From Nitrospinota bacterium (GTDB lineage Bacteria > UBA8248), in assembly GCA_030754595.1 (NCBI GenBank), contig JASLZZ010000078.1, forward strand, positions 1-64,000: a stretch of 64,000 nucleotides of DNA, given 5' to 3'. The position numbers and the translations under genes are program-made. Shown here in pieces: positions 9,137-19,254 of this stretch (position 1 is its first letter; every line of letters starts with the position of its first letter). The notes beneath the pieces are model-generated. The model had not been told where the DNA came from. It did no database searches and worked only from the letters and a program-made list of their open reading frames with translations.

Positions 9137-9529
9137 CTAAAACCGACTTTCCTCAGCGGATCCGCTCAACACCTCGGAGACCGGCCGGGGGACATCCGGG
9201 CTCTCGCCCGAAGCATCGCCGGAGGAGAAGGAACTCGACGCCGGGGCGGGGTCAGCGTTATCGACCATTTCCCGTAATTCCTTGCCTGCCTTAAAGAATG
9301 GGACTTCCTTGGGTGGGATCTGCACCGTTGCTCCGGTGCGCGGGTTGCGGCCATCACGCCTATCTCGCGAACGAACACGAAAACTACCAAAACCCCGCAA
9401 TTCGACTTTATCACCTTTGGCCAAAGCCGAGATGACACTCCCGAAAACGATGTTTACGACTCGTTCGGTATCTTTTTTTGTCAGGTTGATCTTCGCGGAA
9501 ACTTTCTCAACCATTTCGGCCTTGGTCAT
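9137..9529 (-). CDS. ihfB: integration host factor subunit beta (HU family) with a C-terminal extension
   Basis: MTKAEMV, VELRGFGSF, GRNPRTG and FKAGKELRE motifs; RBS AAGGAGG; follows rpsA-sppA. Confidence 0.85.
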   Translation of the reverse strand: MTKAEMVEKVSAKINLTKKDTERVVNIVFGSVISALAKGDKVELRGFGSFRVRSRDRRDGRNPRTGATVQIPPKEVPFFKAGKELREMVDNADPAPASSSFSSGDASGESPDVPRPVSEVLSGSAEESRF

Positions 9530-9614
9530 CGGAACGAAACCTCCTTGATTATTCTCAGCTGTCACCGAAGCGCCTTAGCGGCTATCTCCTCAATCGGGCG
9601 ACGACTTTAGAAGA

Positions 9615-10529
9615 TTATCTCCACATGTACTGTAGCACGGCTGGATACCCACCCAAATAGGAAGAAGGCCCACCCTCTAACCATCCTGTCAACGACTGTC
9701 TCAATAGTCCCCATACACCTCCCCTAAGCTTAATTTCGAGAAGTTTTGGCTCCCCCGGGATTTTGGCCAGCCGCCCGGCTTCTAGCGCCGCGTCCCACTG
9801 CCCCCCTAGTTTATCAACCAGTCCGAGTTCCTTGGCCCGCTCTCCGCTAAAAATGCGGCCATCGGCGATCTTGCGGGTCTCGTCAATCGGTATCCGGCGC
9901 CCCTCGGATACCGCCTTGACGAACTGCTGGTAGGTATCGTCGATGAGCCGCTCGAAAATTTTCCGATCCTCTTCCGTCATTTTCCTCAGCGGCGAACCAA
10001 TATCCTTATGCGGGGCGCTTTTGATAACGTTAAAACTCAAGCCCAAATTCCCCAAAATCTTTTCGGCATTGGGCAAAACAACAATAACCCCGATGCTCCC
10101 AGTAACAGTGCCGGGATAGGAAAATATCTTATCGGCCGCAGACGCAATATAGTAGCCGCCCGAAGCAGCCACGCTCCCCAACGAGGCGACCACCTTACGG
10201 CCGGTCCGACGAAACCGCCGAATTTCCCCATAAATCTCCTGGGTGGGAGCCACTGCCCCGCCCGGGCTGTCAATTCTCACCAACAAGGATTTCACCCGGG
10301 GATTCCGCCGGAATTCGGTGAGGGTTTTCACCGTATTCGTCGCGTCGAAAATACTCCCCTTTATCCGGATAAAACCCACTACGTCATGCTGCCCAAATCC
10401 GAGGCCGTATCCCCGATCGCCGCCGGTTCTCCCACCCCAAAAAAACCAGGAGAGGCCATACAGGCCCATGGCGATGACAGCAAACAACCCTGCCGAAATC
10501 ATAAAGCCGGGAGTTCTCCACTTCTTCAT
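9615..10529 (-). CDS. sppA: signal peptide peptidase (S49)
   Basis: N-terminal TM segment; RIDSPGG, AASGGYYIA, TGSIGV and A.ELGLVD motifs. Confidence 0.93.
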   Translation of the reverse strand: MKKWRTPGFMISAGLFAVIAMGLYGLSWFFWGGRTGGDRGYGLGFGQHDVVGFIRIKGSIFDATNTVKTLTEFRRNPRVKSLLVRIDSPGGAVAPTQEIYGEIRRFRRTGRKVVASLGSVAASGGYYIASAADKIFSYPGTVTGSIGVIVVLPNAEKILGNLGLSFNVIKSAPHKDIGSPLRKMTEEDRKIFERLIDDTYQQFVKAVSEGRRIPIDETRKIADGRIFSGERAKELGLVDKLGGQWDAALEAGRLAKIPGEPKLLEIKLRGGVWGLLRQSLTGWLEGGPSSYLGGYPAVLQYMWR

Positions 10530-10556
10530 CGCAGGCTCCTCGGCAGCCGGTATCTT

Positions 10557-12422
10557 TTAGGCCTCTTCGCTTCCGGCCTTTTCCTCTTCGGTTTTAGCTT
10601 CAGCTTCACCCGCTTCACCAGAGGTTTCAGCTACCGCCACCGGAGTGTCGGCTTCGCCGGAATCCTCGGAAGCTGTCTCCGCCACCGGCTCCCCATCAAC
10701 AGCAGTGGGGGCGGGGGCGAGTTCCGGCTCAGGCGCGCGCTTGATTAGCGGATCCTCGCTGGTAGCCTCGACATAAGCTCTGATGCTAAGGCCCAGCTTT
10801 CGCTGACTCGCCTCTATTTTAATGACACGCATTTTGTACACATCCCCGACCCGGACGATATCCTCCGGTTTGTTCACCTTCTCAGCGCTAATCTCGGAGA
10901 TATGGACAAGACCTTCGAGCTCTTCCTCGGGGGCGGCGAAAACACCGAAATTCGTGATTTTCGTCACCTCCGCTTCCACGTCATCACCGACACCGTACCG
11001 CTCATCGATATCCGCCCAGGGATCCTTCGATAGCTGTTTGATGCCGAGCGAGAGCCGCTCTTTCGCGACATCCACGCTCAACACGACGGCATCGACTTCT
11101 TCGCCTTTTTTCAAGGCCTCAGAAGGGTGCTTGTAGCGCTGGGTCCAGGAAATATCGGAAATATGGATAAGCCCGTCGATGCCCTCTTCGAGCGCGACGA
11201 AAGCGCCAAACTCGGTCAAGTTCCTGACCTGACCGCTCACCCTTGAGCCGACGGGGTATTTCTCCTCGACCTCGGTCCACGGATTGGCCTCGACCTGTTT
11301 CATGCCTAATGAAATCCGGCGGCCATCCTTATCCAGACTCAAGACCACCGACTCGACGATGTCCCCGATGGTGACAATCTTGGAGGGATGACGATTACGG
11401 CGGGTCCAGGACATCTCGGATATATGGACAAGGCCCTCTACGCCCGGCTCGAGCTCGACGAAAGCCCCGTAGTCGGTAATCGACACGACCCGGCCTTTCA
11501 CCCGGCCGGTTTCGGGGTACTTAATCTCAACCCCTTCCCATGGGTCGGGCGTAATTTGCTTGTGACCCAGCGACACACGCTCGCGCTCTTTGTCGAATTT
11601 GAGGATCGTCACCTTCACCGTATCGCCGATCGAGAGCAACTCGCTGGGGTGGCTGACGCGTCCCCATGACAAATCGGTGATGTGAAGCAATCCATCGATA
11701 CCGCCCAAGTCGATAAAAGCGCCGTAGTCGGTGATGTTCTTCACGACCCCAACCGTCTGGAGACCTTCCTCGAGATTAGCCAAGGTCTCCCGCTTGAGTT
11801 CGAAACGCTCCTCTTCGAGCAACACCCGGCGAGAGAGCACAATATTCCCCCGCTTTCGGTTCAATTTGATGATTTTCAGATCAAATGTTTGGCCAATGAA
11901 CTGATCGAGGTTCCTCACGGGCCGAAGATCCACCTGGGAACCGGGGAGGAACGCTTTGAGGCCGATATCGACAGTAAGGCCCCCCTTGATCCGTGCAATC
12001 ACACGGCCCGGAACCGTCTCCTCGCTTTCGTAGGCGCGGGTGATTTCATCCCAGACTTTGATTCTATTGGCTTTATCTTTCGAAAGGATAATTCGTCCGT
12101 CTTCATCCTCCCGGGCCTCGACGTAAACCTCCACCAGATCGCCCGCCGAAAGGCTTCTTCCTCCATCGGGAAATTCGCGGCGTGAGACAAATCCTTCGGA
12201 TTTATATCCGACATCGACAAGAAGATAATCGCTTTCAACCCGGACCACTCTACCGTTGACAATTTCTCCGTCTTTAATCGGATCGAGCGTTGATGCATAT
12301 AGGGATTCCATCTGCTCAGGAGTAAGCGTATCGGGATCCATTTCCAAGAGAGTTGATTGGAGAGCTGCGGCGGATTCTTCGCCGGCATCCTCGGCCGGCG
12401 AGAAAGAAGGATTTTCTGTCAT
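10557..12422 (-). CDS. rpsA: 30S ribosomal protein S1
   Basis: Repeated S1 domains (DYGAFIDLGGIDGLLHITDLSW and similar). Confidence 0.98.
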   Translation of the reverse strand: MTENPSFSPAEDAGEESAAALQSTLLEMDPDTLTPEQMESLYASTLDPIKDGEIVNGRVVRVESDYLLVDVGYKSEGFVSRREFPDGGRSLSAGDLVEVYVEAREDEDGRIILSKDKANRIKVWDEITRAYESEETVPGRVIARIKGGLTVDIGLKAFLPGSQVDLRPVRNLDQFIGQTFDLKIIKLNRKRGNIVLSRRVLLEEERFELKRETLANLEEGLQTVGVVKNITDYGAFIDLGGIDGLLHITDLSWGRVSHPSELLSIGDTVKVTILKFDKERERVSLGHKQITPDPWEGVEIKYPETGRVKGRVVSITDYGAFVELEPGVEGLVHISEMSWTRRNRHPSKIVTIGDIVESVVLSLDKDGRRISLGMKQVEANPWTEVEEKYPVGSRVSGQVRNLTEFGAFVALEEGIDGLIHISDISWTQRYKHPSEALKKGEEVDAVVLSVDVAKERLSLGIKQLSKDPWADIDERYGVGDDVEAEVTKITNFGVFAAPEEELEGLVHISEISAEKVNKPEDIVRVGDVYKMRVIKIEASQRKLGLSIRAYVEATSEDPLIKRAPEPELAPAPTAVDGEPVAETASEDSGEADTPVAVAETSGEAGEAEAKTEEEKAGSEEA

Positions 12423-12523
12423 TCGATTACTTCACCTCGTACAAAAACGGGAAAAGACCTCTTCCACCGTCCGGAGCCCCTATCCCCAGACAGCCGATGA
12501 AGAGGCACTGTTAGGAAGCGTAA

Positions 12524-12552
12524 AAAATACTTCACGGGAGCGGGTGTGTCAA
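12524..12552 (-). promoter_or_regulatory. sigma70-type promoter for rpsA
   Basis: TTGACA-N17-TATTTT. Confidence 0.6.
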
Positions 12553-12558
12553 GGAAAC

Positions 12559-13269
12559 TCATCTAAGGTCAATGAGTTGCCCATATTCCCGGGCGATTTT
12601 GTCTAGCATGATTCTGAGCACATCGTCAACGGAGAGTTTGGACGTATCCAGCCGAAAGGCATCCTTTGCCTGTATCAAAGGGGCCTGCGCCCGGTGGCGA
12701 TCCCGGTGATCCCTTTCCCTGAGGCTCGCTCCCAGTTTCTCCGGGTCAAAATCGACCCCTTTTTCCCTCAATTCCTGAAATCTTCTCTGAATTCGGACCT
12801 CAACGTCCGCATCCAGGAAAAATTTGAGGCGGGCAGCGGAAAATACGACCGTTCCAATATCTCGACCGTCGATCACGGCCCCGCCATCCCGGCCATAACT
12901 GCGTTGGAAGTCGAGGAGGGCTTCCCTCACGACCGGATGTGTGGAAACCATTGAAGCAGCTTCACTTACGCGTTCTTCCCGTAAATTATCGGTCGCATCC
13001 CGGCCATTGAGAAAATTCCGCCACCCCTGGGGCGTCTTTCGGCATTCAAAGGAAAGATTGCGGGCCTGGCGAGCCGCTTCCTCCGGGTTTTCAGGGTTTC
13101 CTCCCATTTCAAGGACGCTCAACCCCACCGCACGGTAAATGGCCCCCGATTCCAGATATTCCCATTGTAGATGGTCGGCGATTCTCTTGGCCAAGGTGCT
13201 TTTGCCGGAACCCGCCGGACCGTCCACGGGAACCACGATACCCCCGCCTTTCGCCTGCTTCCCGCTCAT
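12559..13269 (-). CDS. cmk: cytidylate kinase
   Basis: DGPAGSGKST, SGAIYRA, DGRDIGTVVF and RD.RD motifs; the ATG overlaps the tyrA stop. Confidence 0.95.
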   Translation of the reverse strand: MSGKQAKGGGIVVPVDGPAGSGKSTLAKRIADHLQWEYLESGAIYRAVGLSVLEMGGNPENPEEAARQARNLSFECRKTPQGWRNFLNGRDATDNLREERVSEAASMVSTHPVVREALLDFQRSYGRDGGAVIDGRDIGTVVFSAARLKFFLDADVEVRIQRRFQELREKGVDFDPEKLGASLRERDHRDRHRAQAPLIQAKDAFRLDTSKLSVDDVLRIMLDKIAREYGQLIDLR

Positions 13270-14135
13270 TACAACCAGCCCCTCTCGCGGAGCCAGCCGT
13301 CCCTGCCCTCCTTGGCGCTCGAAAAAGCGCGGTTCATCCCCTCGCTGTCCTCTTCCTCCACTGCCCGCCGAAGGCCTGCGAGGGTCCTCACAAACGCGTC
13401 CAAAGAGGCCAGGAGCGCCTCCCTGTTGTCGAGGCATATCTCCCGCCACATCTCAGGATTGCTCGATGCGATACGCGTAAAATCCCTGAATCCGCCCGCC
13501 GCATACGAAACGGCGCCACCCTCGAGAGCCATATTAACGAGCGCATACGCTACAAGGTGGGGCAAATGGCTAATGTCCGCCAAAATTCGATCGTGGCGCT
13601 CCGGGTCGAGAATATCCACCTGGGCCCCCACGCCCTCCCAAAGCGCATGAAGCTTCTCCAGCGCCTGCCGGGAGGTGGAGGCGGTTGGAGTGAGAATCGT
13701 CCGGTGGTCTTCGTATAGGGCGGAAAAACTGGCCTCGACGCCTGATTTCTCGGTGCCCGCGATGGGGTGACCTCCGACAAAGCGAACATCTCCGAGGTTC
13801 AATGATTCGACGGCCCGGACAAACGGCCCTTTCACGCTGCCCACATCGGTGAGAATCGCCTCGGACTCCATCCCGGGAAGAATATTCCGAACGACATCCA
13901 CAGCCGAGCGAACGGGGGTGCAAACCACAACGATGTCCGAGCCCTTCACCGCCTCCCTGTGATCCGTCTCGAATCTATCGACGACGCCCAGCGAGAGCGC
14001 TTTCTCGAGGTTTTGAACACTTCGCCCCGCTCCGACAAATCGAGACACAAGTCCCTTTTCCCTCGCCGCGCGGGCAAGCGACCCCCCAATGAGCCCGACA
14101 CCGATGATGGTCATTTGCTGAAAAAGTACGCTCAT
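13269..14135 (-). CDS. tyrA: prephenate/arogenate dehydrogenase
   Basis: GVGLIGGS, DVGSVK, HPIAGTE, SHLPH and GFRDFTRIA motifs. Confidence 0.95.
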   Translation of the reverse strand: MSVLFQQMTIIGVGLIGGSLARAAREKGLVSRFVGAGRSVQNLEKALSLGVVDRFETDHREAVKGSDIVVVCTPVRSAVDVVRNILPGMESEAILTDVGSVKGPFVRAVESLNLGDVRFVGGHPIAGTEKSGVEASFSALYEDHRTILTPTASTSRQALEKLHALWEGVGAQVDILDPERHDRILADISHLPHLVAYALVNMALEGGAVSYAAGGFRDFTRIASSNPEMWREICLDNREALLASLDAFVRTLAGLRRAVEEEDSEGMNRAFSSAKEGRDGWLRERGWL

Positions 14136-14177
14136 CCGATTACTCGATCTCAGGCCGCGGAAAAATCGAAGCCCAGC

Positions 14178-15266
14178 TTATTTGCCCAGGAGCAAGGCCA
14201 GCGAATCGATCACCCGCCGGTTCTCTTCGGTGGTTCCGATTGAAATGCGCACGTGACCGGGGAATCCGTATCCCCCCACCTGACGAACGATAACGCCCTC
14301 GCGGAGTAGTCCCTCATAGATTTTCATCCCGTCGCCCACCTCGGCCATGATGAAGTTTCCCTGGGTGGGCACGAACGGAATGCCCAGCGCCGCGAACTCG
14401 CGGACGAAAAATTCCCGCCCTTCGGCGTTTACGACGACGCTCCGGCTCACATGCTCCTCGTCCCCCAGGGCCGCCTCCGCCGCGGCGAGCGCCAGCGAAT
14501 TTACGTTGAACGGCTCGCGCACCTTGTTGATGACTTCGATGATATCGGGATGTGCGATCCCGTACCCCACCCGCAACCCTGCAAGCCCGTAGGCCTTCGA
14601 GAAAGTCCGCAGGGCGATCAGGTTCGGATATTCGGCGAACAGTTTCGAGGCGTCCGGATAATCCTCGCGGTGTGCGTATTGACTATAAGCCTCGTCCACC
14701 ACCACCAGCGTCTCCCCGGACAGCGTCTCGATAAACCGGCGGAGCGCCCCTTCTCCCACCGCGGTTCCGGTCGGGTTGTTCGGGTTCGCGATAAACACCG
14801 CCTTGGTCCGCTCGCAAACCAACCCCGCCATCGCCTCCAGATCGTGGGTGTAATCCCGCATCGGCGCCGCCCGTATTTCACAATTTGAAAGCTGGGAGAC
14901 AATGAGATAGACGATAAACGCACCCTCGGAGAAGACAACCGGGTCGCCCGGGTCGAGAAACGCATGTGCGATACTTTCAAGAACCTCGTTGGTCCCGTTC
15001 CCGATGGTGAAATTCTCGGGCGCCATGCCGTGGAATTCGGCCAGCCTCCGCTTGAGATAAAACCCTCCACCGTCAGGATAGCGATGGACCCCGGAGAGGG
15101 CCTTGCGGACAGCCTCAAGTCCCTTGGGAGAGGAGCCGAGCGGGTTTTCGTTCGAGGCCAGCTTGATTGATTCGGAGATGCCGAGTTCGCGCTCGAGTTC
15201 CTCGACCGGTTTTCCCGGTTGATAGACGACGATATCCTCCGCCGAGCGGGAGATTTTAAATTTCAT
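14178..15266 (-). CDS. hisC: histidinol-phosphate/aromatic aminotransferase
   Basis: KLASNENP, NPNNPTG, DEAY and RTFSKAYGLAGLRVG motifs. Confidence 0.95.
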   Translation of the reverse strand: MKFKISRSAEDIVVYQPGKPVEELERELGISESIKLASNENPLGSSPKGLEAVRKALSGVHRYPDGGGFYLKRRLAEFHGMAPENFTIGNGTNEVLESIAHAFLDPGDPVVFSEGAFIVYLIVSQLSNCEIRAAPMRDYTHDLEAMAGLVCERTKAVFIANPNNPTGTAVGEGALRRFIETLSGETLVVVDEAYSQYAHREDYPDASKLFAEYPNLIALRTFSKAYGLAGLRVGYGIAHPDIIEVINKVREPFNVNSLALAAAEAALGDEEHVSRSVVVNAEGREFFVREFAALGIPFVPTQGNFIMAEVGDGMKIYEGLLREGVIVRQVGGYGFPGHVRISIGTTEENRRVIDSLALLLGK

Positions 15267-15293
15267 TCCTTGCTCCGATAGTTACGCCCATTT

Positions 15294-16115
15294 TCAACCC
15301 ACCGTGGGGTACGAACCAAGAAGACGAAAAAATTCCACTTTCTCTTTCAAATCCTCAAGAGCTCCGGCCAGCTCCGGATCTTCCACATGGCCCTCGATGT
15401 CCATGAAAAAGATATAGTCCCACGCCTTCCGGCGAGAGGGACGGGACTCGATCTTAGTCATGTTGAGGCCCCGCTCGGCGATGGACCCGAGCGCGCGGTA
15501 AAGGGCGCCAGGCTCGTTCCTGAGAACAAAAAGGAGGCTCGTGCCCGATCGTTCGGCCCGCGGGGCGGACTCTTTTCCCAAAACGAAAAACCGGGTCACG
15601 TTGATGTTTTCCGTGTCCAATTTCGACGCCGCCACCTCGAGCCCGTATTTTTTCGCGGCCAGGGCGCTTCCCAAAGCCGCCAGTTCGGGGTTCTTTCCCG
15701 CTTCCTGGGCCGCCAGGGATGTCGAAGCCACCTCCTCCACCTCCACCTCCGGCAAACATTCCCGAAGCCAGCGTCGGCACTGGGCCACGGCGTGCGGGTG
15801 GCTCAGGACCCGGCGAATCGCCCCGAGCTCCGCCGCATTGGTGAGCAGGTGAATATCAATGGGAAGCGAAATCGCTCCCACGATGACGAGAGGAGAATCG
15901 ATGAGGCGGTCCAGGGTGATGTTGACCGTTCCTTCGAGTGCGTTTTCGATTGGAACAACGCCCATGTCCGAGCGCCCCGCCTCGGTGTCCTCGAAAATCG
16001 AGACAATTGTCGGCGCCGGCATATATTCGGCCTTCTCACCGAAGTGGCGCAGCGCCGCCTCGTGGGTAAAAGTCGCCTCGGGCCCCAGGAAGCTGACGTG
16101 GATTTTTTCGGCCAT
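15294..16115 (-). CDS. pheA: prephenate dehydratase (PDT plus ACT, no chorismate mutase domain)
   Basis: FLGP, VPIEN, SHP.A..QC, N.TRF and TKIESRP motifs; RBS GAGGA. Confidence 0.93.
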   Translation of the reverse strand: MAEKIHVSFLGPEATFTHEAALRHFGEKAEYMPAPTIVSIFEDTEAGRSDMGVVPIENALEGTVNITLDRLIDSPLVIVGAISLPIDIHLLTNAAELGAIRRVLSHPHAVAQCRRWLRECLPEVEVEEVASTSLAAQEAGKNPELAALGSALAAKKYGLEVAASKLDTENINVTRFFVLGKESAPRAERSGTSLLFVLRNEPGALYRALGSIAERGLNMTKIESRPSRRKAWDYIFFMDIEGHVEDPELAGALEDLKEKVEFFRLLGSYPTVG

Positions 16116-16150
16116 GTTTTCCTCTACCGTCATTCTATACAATCATTTAC

Positions 16151-16218
16151 TGTCATCGCATCGGAAGCGAAAAAACCCTTTGCCGGAAAACGGTTGTTAA
16201 CAAGAATAGTCGCGGACA
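16151..16218. repeat. degenerate REP-like palindrome remnant
   Basis: TGTCATCGCATCGGAAGCGAA...GCGGACA resembles the element at 59711. Confidence 0.25.
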
Positions 16219-16247
16219 ATTCCCTCTAGCTCAATCGGCACGCGCGA

Positions 16248-17138
16248 TTAGAGATACTCATCGAACCAGCCCACCGCTTCCTTCATTCCGACCTCGTGCA
16301 AATCCGGCCGGACGAAATAATAGCTCTCGTAGTGCTGCGCACCCGGCAGCTTGACGAGTTTCTTGGGTTCTCCGCACGCCTCGTAGCAGGCGAGCTGCTG
16401 ATCGACCGGAACGAGCATGTCGTTTTCCGAAAAAATGATCATCACCGGCCGGGGAGCGATATGTCCCGCCACCCATTCGGGCTTATAACGCCAACAAGCT
16501 TCCGCGCTTTCGAGGTCGTAATCGCCTACATAGCGGTGGTCTTTTTGGTGGTGCCCCTTGATTACGCTTTCGGTGTGCGGATCGCAGAGCATCATCTCCG
16601 TCAAGGGGACCTCGGTTTTATCGCCTGTCTCGACGCGCTTGCGGGCGGCCTCGCGGACCCTTTCCTTGAACGCGGCCCACTCGTGAGGCCGGCGAACCGA
16701 ACGCATCCACCGCTCGCCCTCGAACACGCCCACCGACGTCACCACGACCTTCACACGCTCATCGAAGGCCGCCACCCAGATGGCGTTCGCGCCGCCAAAG
16801 CTGGTCCCGTATATTCCGATTCTTTCGGGGTCAACTCCATCGACCGTTTCCATGAAGCTAATGGCATCGTAGGTATCCTGGGCCTGCTCCAGTGGGCGCT
16901 GGCGGCCGCGCTCCCCTTCGCTGACCCCAAAACCCCTGTGATCGGGCGCAAGGACGAAATAACCCTCCTCCGAGAGGCGCCGGGGAACATCGAGCCCGTA
17001 TACATCCTTCATCCCGCTATAACCATGAAGGGAGATAACCGCGGGGCTGGGAGAATCGCCCGCTTTCCAGCCCTTGGGTTTGTATAGATAAGCCGCAATC
17101 CTCAGCCCTTCGCTGAAATAACTCACCTCTTCATACAT
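16248..17138 (-). CDS. alpha/beta fold hydrolase (CocE/S15/S9-like)
   Basis: HG, D.RGFG.SEG, GTSFGG nucleophile elbow, ND..VP and GAQHY motifs; RBS GAGGAG before ATG 17138. Confidence 0.88.
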   Translation of the reverse strand: MYEEVSYFSEGLRIAAYLYKPKGWKAGDSPSPAVISLHGYSGMKDVYGLDVPRRLSEEGYFVLAPDHRGFGVSEGERGRQRPLEQAQDTYDAISFMETVDGVDPERIGIYGTSFGGANAIWVAAFDERVKVVVTSVGVFEGERWMRSVRRPHEWAAFKERVREAARKRVETGDKTEVPLTEMMLCDPHTESVIKGHHQKDHRYVGDYDLESAEACWRYKPEWVAGHIAPRPVMIIFSENDMLVPVDQQLACYEACGEPKKLVKLPGAQHYESYYFVRPDLHEVGMKEAVGWFDEYL

Positions 17139-17265
17139 CGGGCTCTCCTCCGCCATGGCACGTTTCCGGCTTTCAGGCGCACATATCGGTGAAATCAAAG
17201 ATACCGCGATTTCAGCCACACTTCGTATATTAAGGGAAATTCCGGAACCAAAGTACTCCGTAACC

Positions 17266-18093
17266 CTATTCTTTCAGACCGCGCAGCTCTCTTAAAAGGG
17301 CCTCGGGCGATGGGGCGCGCATGAGGGATTCACCCACCAATATGGCGTCCACACCTGCCTCAACGAGCGGTGCGACCTCCTCCCAACCGAAAATTCCACT
17401 CTCGGAGACGAAAATCAAATCCTCATTCATCTCCGCTATCACCTGAGAACGAATCTTGAAAGTATGACGGGTATCCACCTCAAACGTTTTCAGATTGCGG
17501 TTGTTGACGCCAACGATCCGTGCGCCGGAACCAAGCACACGCTCCACCTCCTCGTCGGCGTAAATTTCAACGAGAGCGTCCATGCCCAACTCCTCCGCCT
17601 GGCAGCGAAGATCCTCCAAGGCGGACTTTTCCAGGATGGCCGCAATCAGGAGAACCGCATCGGCCCCCGCCTCTCTCGCCTCGAAAACCTGATAGGGATC
17701 AAAAATAAATTCCTTCCTGAGAACGGGAAGGCTTACCGCCTCTCGCACGGCGCGAAGGTCATCGATGCTCCCCCGAAACTTCCGCCGCTCGGTCAGAACG
17801 GATACGGCGGCCGCGCCTCCTTCGGCATAACGGCCCGCCACTTTGGCCGGATCGACCTCCTCGGAGATTGTTCCCTGAGAGGGAGAGGCGCGCTTGACCT
17901 CGGCAATAACCCGTATCCGGTCAGTATCAGAACCGGAGGGTTCACGGATCCCCTCCCCGAATTCCAGGGTCTCGGGCATATCGGCCACGCGCGAGCGAAG
18001 TTCACCCATCGGGCGCCTGCCGCGATCTCCGGACATATCCTCTCGGACACCCTCGACGATATCGTCGAGAACCGTTTGGGTTCTAAGCGTCAC
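17266..18093 (-). CDS. trpC: indole-3-glycerol phosphate synthase
   Basis: IAEVKRASPS, SVLTE, PVLRKEF, GVNNRNL, VSESGI and LVGESLM motifs. Confidence 0.96.
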   Translation of the reverse strand: MTLRTQTVLDDIVEGVREDMSGDRGRRPMGELRSRVADMPETLEFGEGIREPSGSDTDRIRVIAEVKRASPSQGTISEEVDPAKVAGRYAEGGAAAVSVLTERRKFRGSIDDLRAVREAVSLPVLRKEFIFDPYQVFEAREAGADAVLLIAAILEKSALEDLRCQAEELGMDALVEIYADEEVERVLGSGARIVGVNNRNLKTFEVDTRHTFKIRSQVIAEMNEDLIFVSESGIFGWEEVAPLVEAGVDAILVGESLMRAPSPEALLRELRGLKE

Positions 18094-19109
18094 TCGTTCG
18101 AGACCTCGATCAGGCGCTCAAGCGCCTTCAAAGCATTTCCGGAATCGATGGAATCCGCCGCTTTTCCGACGCCATCCTTGAGATCCGTGGCCTTGCCCGC
18201 CGCCATGAGCGCCGCCGCGGCGTTGAGGAGAACCACATCGCGTGGCGGCCCTTCATCACCCTCGAGGATGCTTCGGAGAATTTTGGCGTTATCATCGGGG
18301 GAGCCACCGACAAGGTCTCGCGCCATGACTTCGGAGAGACCCGCATCCCCGGGCCGAACTTCGTAGGTCTTGACCTTCGAGCCGTCCCACTCCGAAACGC
18401 GGGTTGGGCCCGTCAAGGTAATTTCGTCCATCCCGTCGCTACCGTGAACCACGAGCGCCCGATGGGCGCCCACCTGCCCCAGCACAGTGGCGGCCACCTC
18501 CGTCAATTGAGGCGCATAGACGCCCACGAGTTGGCACTGGGCGCCGGCGGGGTTGGTCAGTGGACCCATGATATTGAAAATACTGCGCATAGCGAGTTCG
18601 CGGCGGGGGCCGATAGCGTGCTTCATCGCGCCATGAAGGGCAGGCGCGAACAGGAATCCAAATCCAGCCTCATCCAGGCAGCGTCCCACCTGCTTCGGTG
18701 AAATTTCAAGGTTCACGTCAAGCGCCTTAAGTACGTCAGCGCTTCCCGATTTGCTCGAAACCGAGCGGTTTCCGTGTTTCGCCACAGGTTGACCCGACCC
18801 GGCGACGACAAAGGCGGCCGTTGTACTGATGTTGAATGTCTGCGTCCCGTCCCCCCCTGTGCCGCAGGTGTCCACGACAAGAGGATGTTTCGATTTTACC
18901 GGAGTAACCTTGGCCCGCATGGACCGGACACTTCCCGCGATTTCATCGGGCGTCTCGCCGGCCATGCGAAGCGCCATCAGATATCCACCAATTTGAGCGG
19001 GGGTCGCCTCGCCCGTCATAATTTGATCCATTACCTTTTCCGCTTCATCGGCCGAGAGGTGCAGGCCATCAACCAGTTTTGCGATGGCATCCTGAATCAT
19101 CTGACTCAC
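18090..19109 (-). CDS. trpD: anthranilate phosphoribosyltransferase
   Basis: DTCGTGGDG, NIST, KHGNRSVSS.SGSAD and GPLTNP motifs. Confidence 0.97.
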   Translation of the reverse strand: MSQMIQDAIAKLVDGLHLSADEAEKVMDQIMTGEATPAQIGGYLMALRMAGETPDEIAGSVRSMRAKVTPVKSKHPLVVDTCGTGGDGTQTFNISTTAAFVVAGSGQPVAKHGNRSVSSKSGSADVLKALDVNLEISPKQVGRCLDEAGFGFLFAPALHGAMKHAIGPRRELAMRSIFNIMGPLTNPAGAQCQLVGVYAPQLTEVAATVLGQVGAHRALVVHGSDGMDEITLTGPTRVSEWDGSKVKTYEVRPGDAGLSEVMARDLVGGSPDDNAKILRSILEGDEGPPRDVVLLNAAAALMAAGKATDLKDGVGKAADSIDSGNALKALERLIEVSNE

Positions 19110-19254
19110 CTCACCGAATTACTTCATAGGGGTTAAAGTAAATAATAACAGTTACTTACAAAGGACGCTCTCGGCGCCTACCTCGTTCGGCCTCTCGCCT
19201 AAAATCACCATATTTGACAATACCTCGCCCGGAGATAGCTCTCAACCTCATGAT

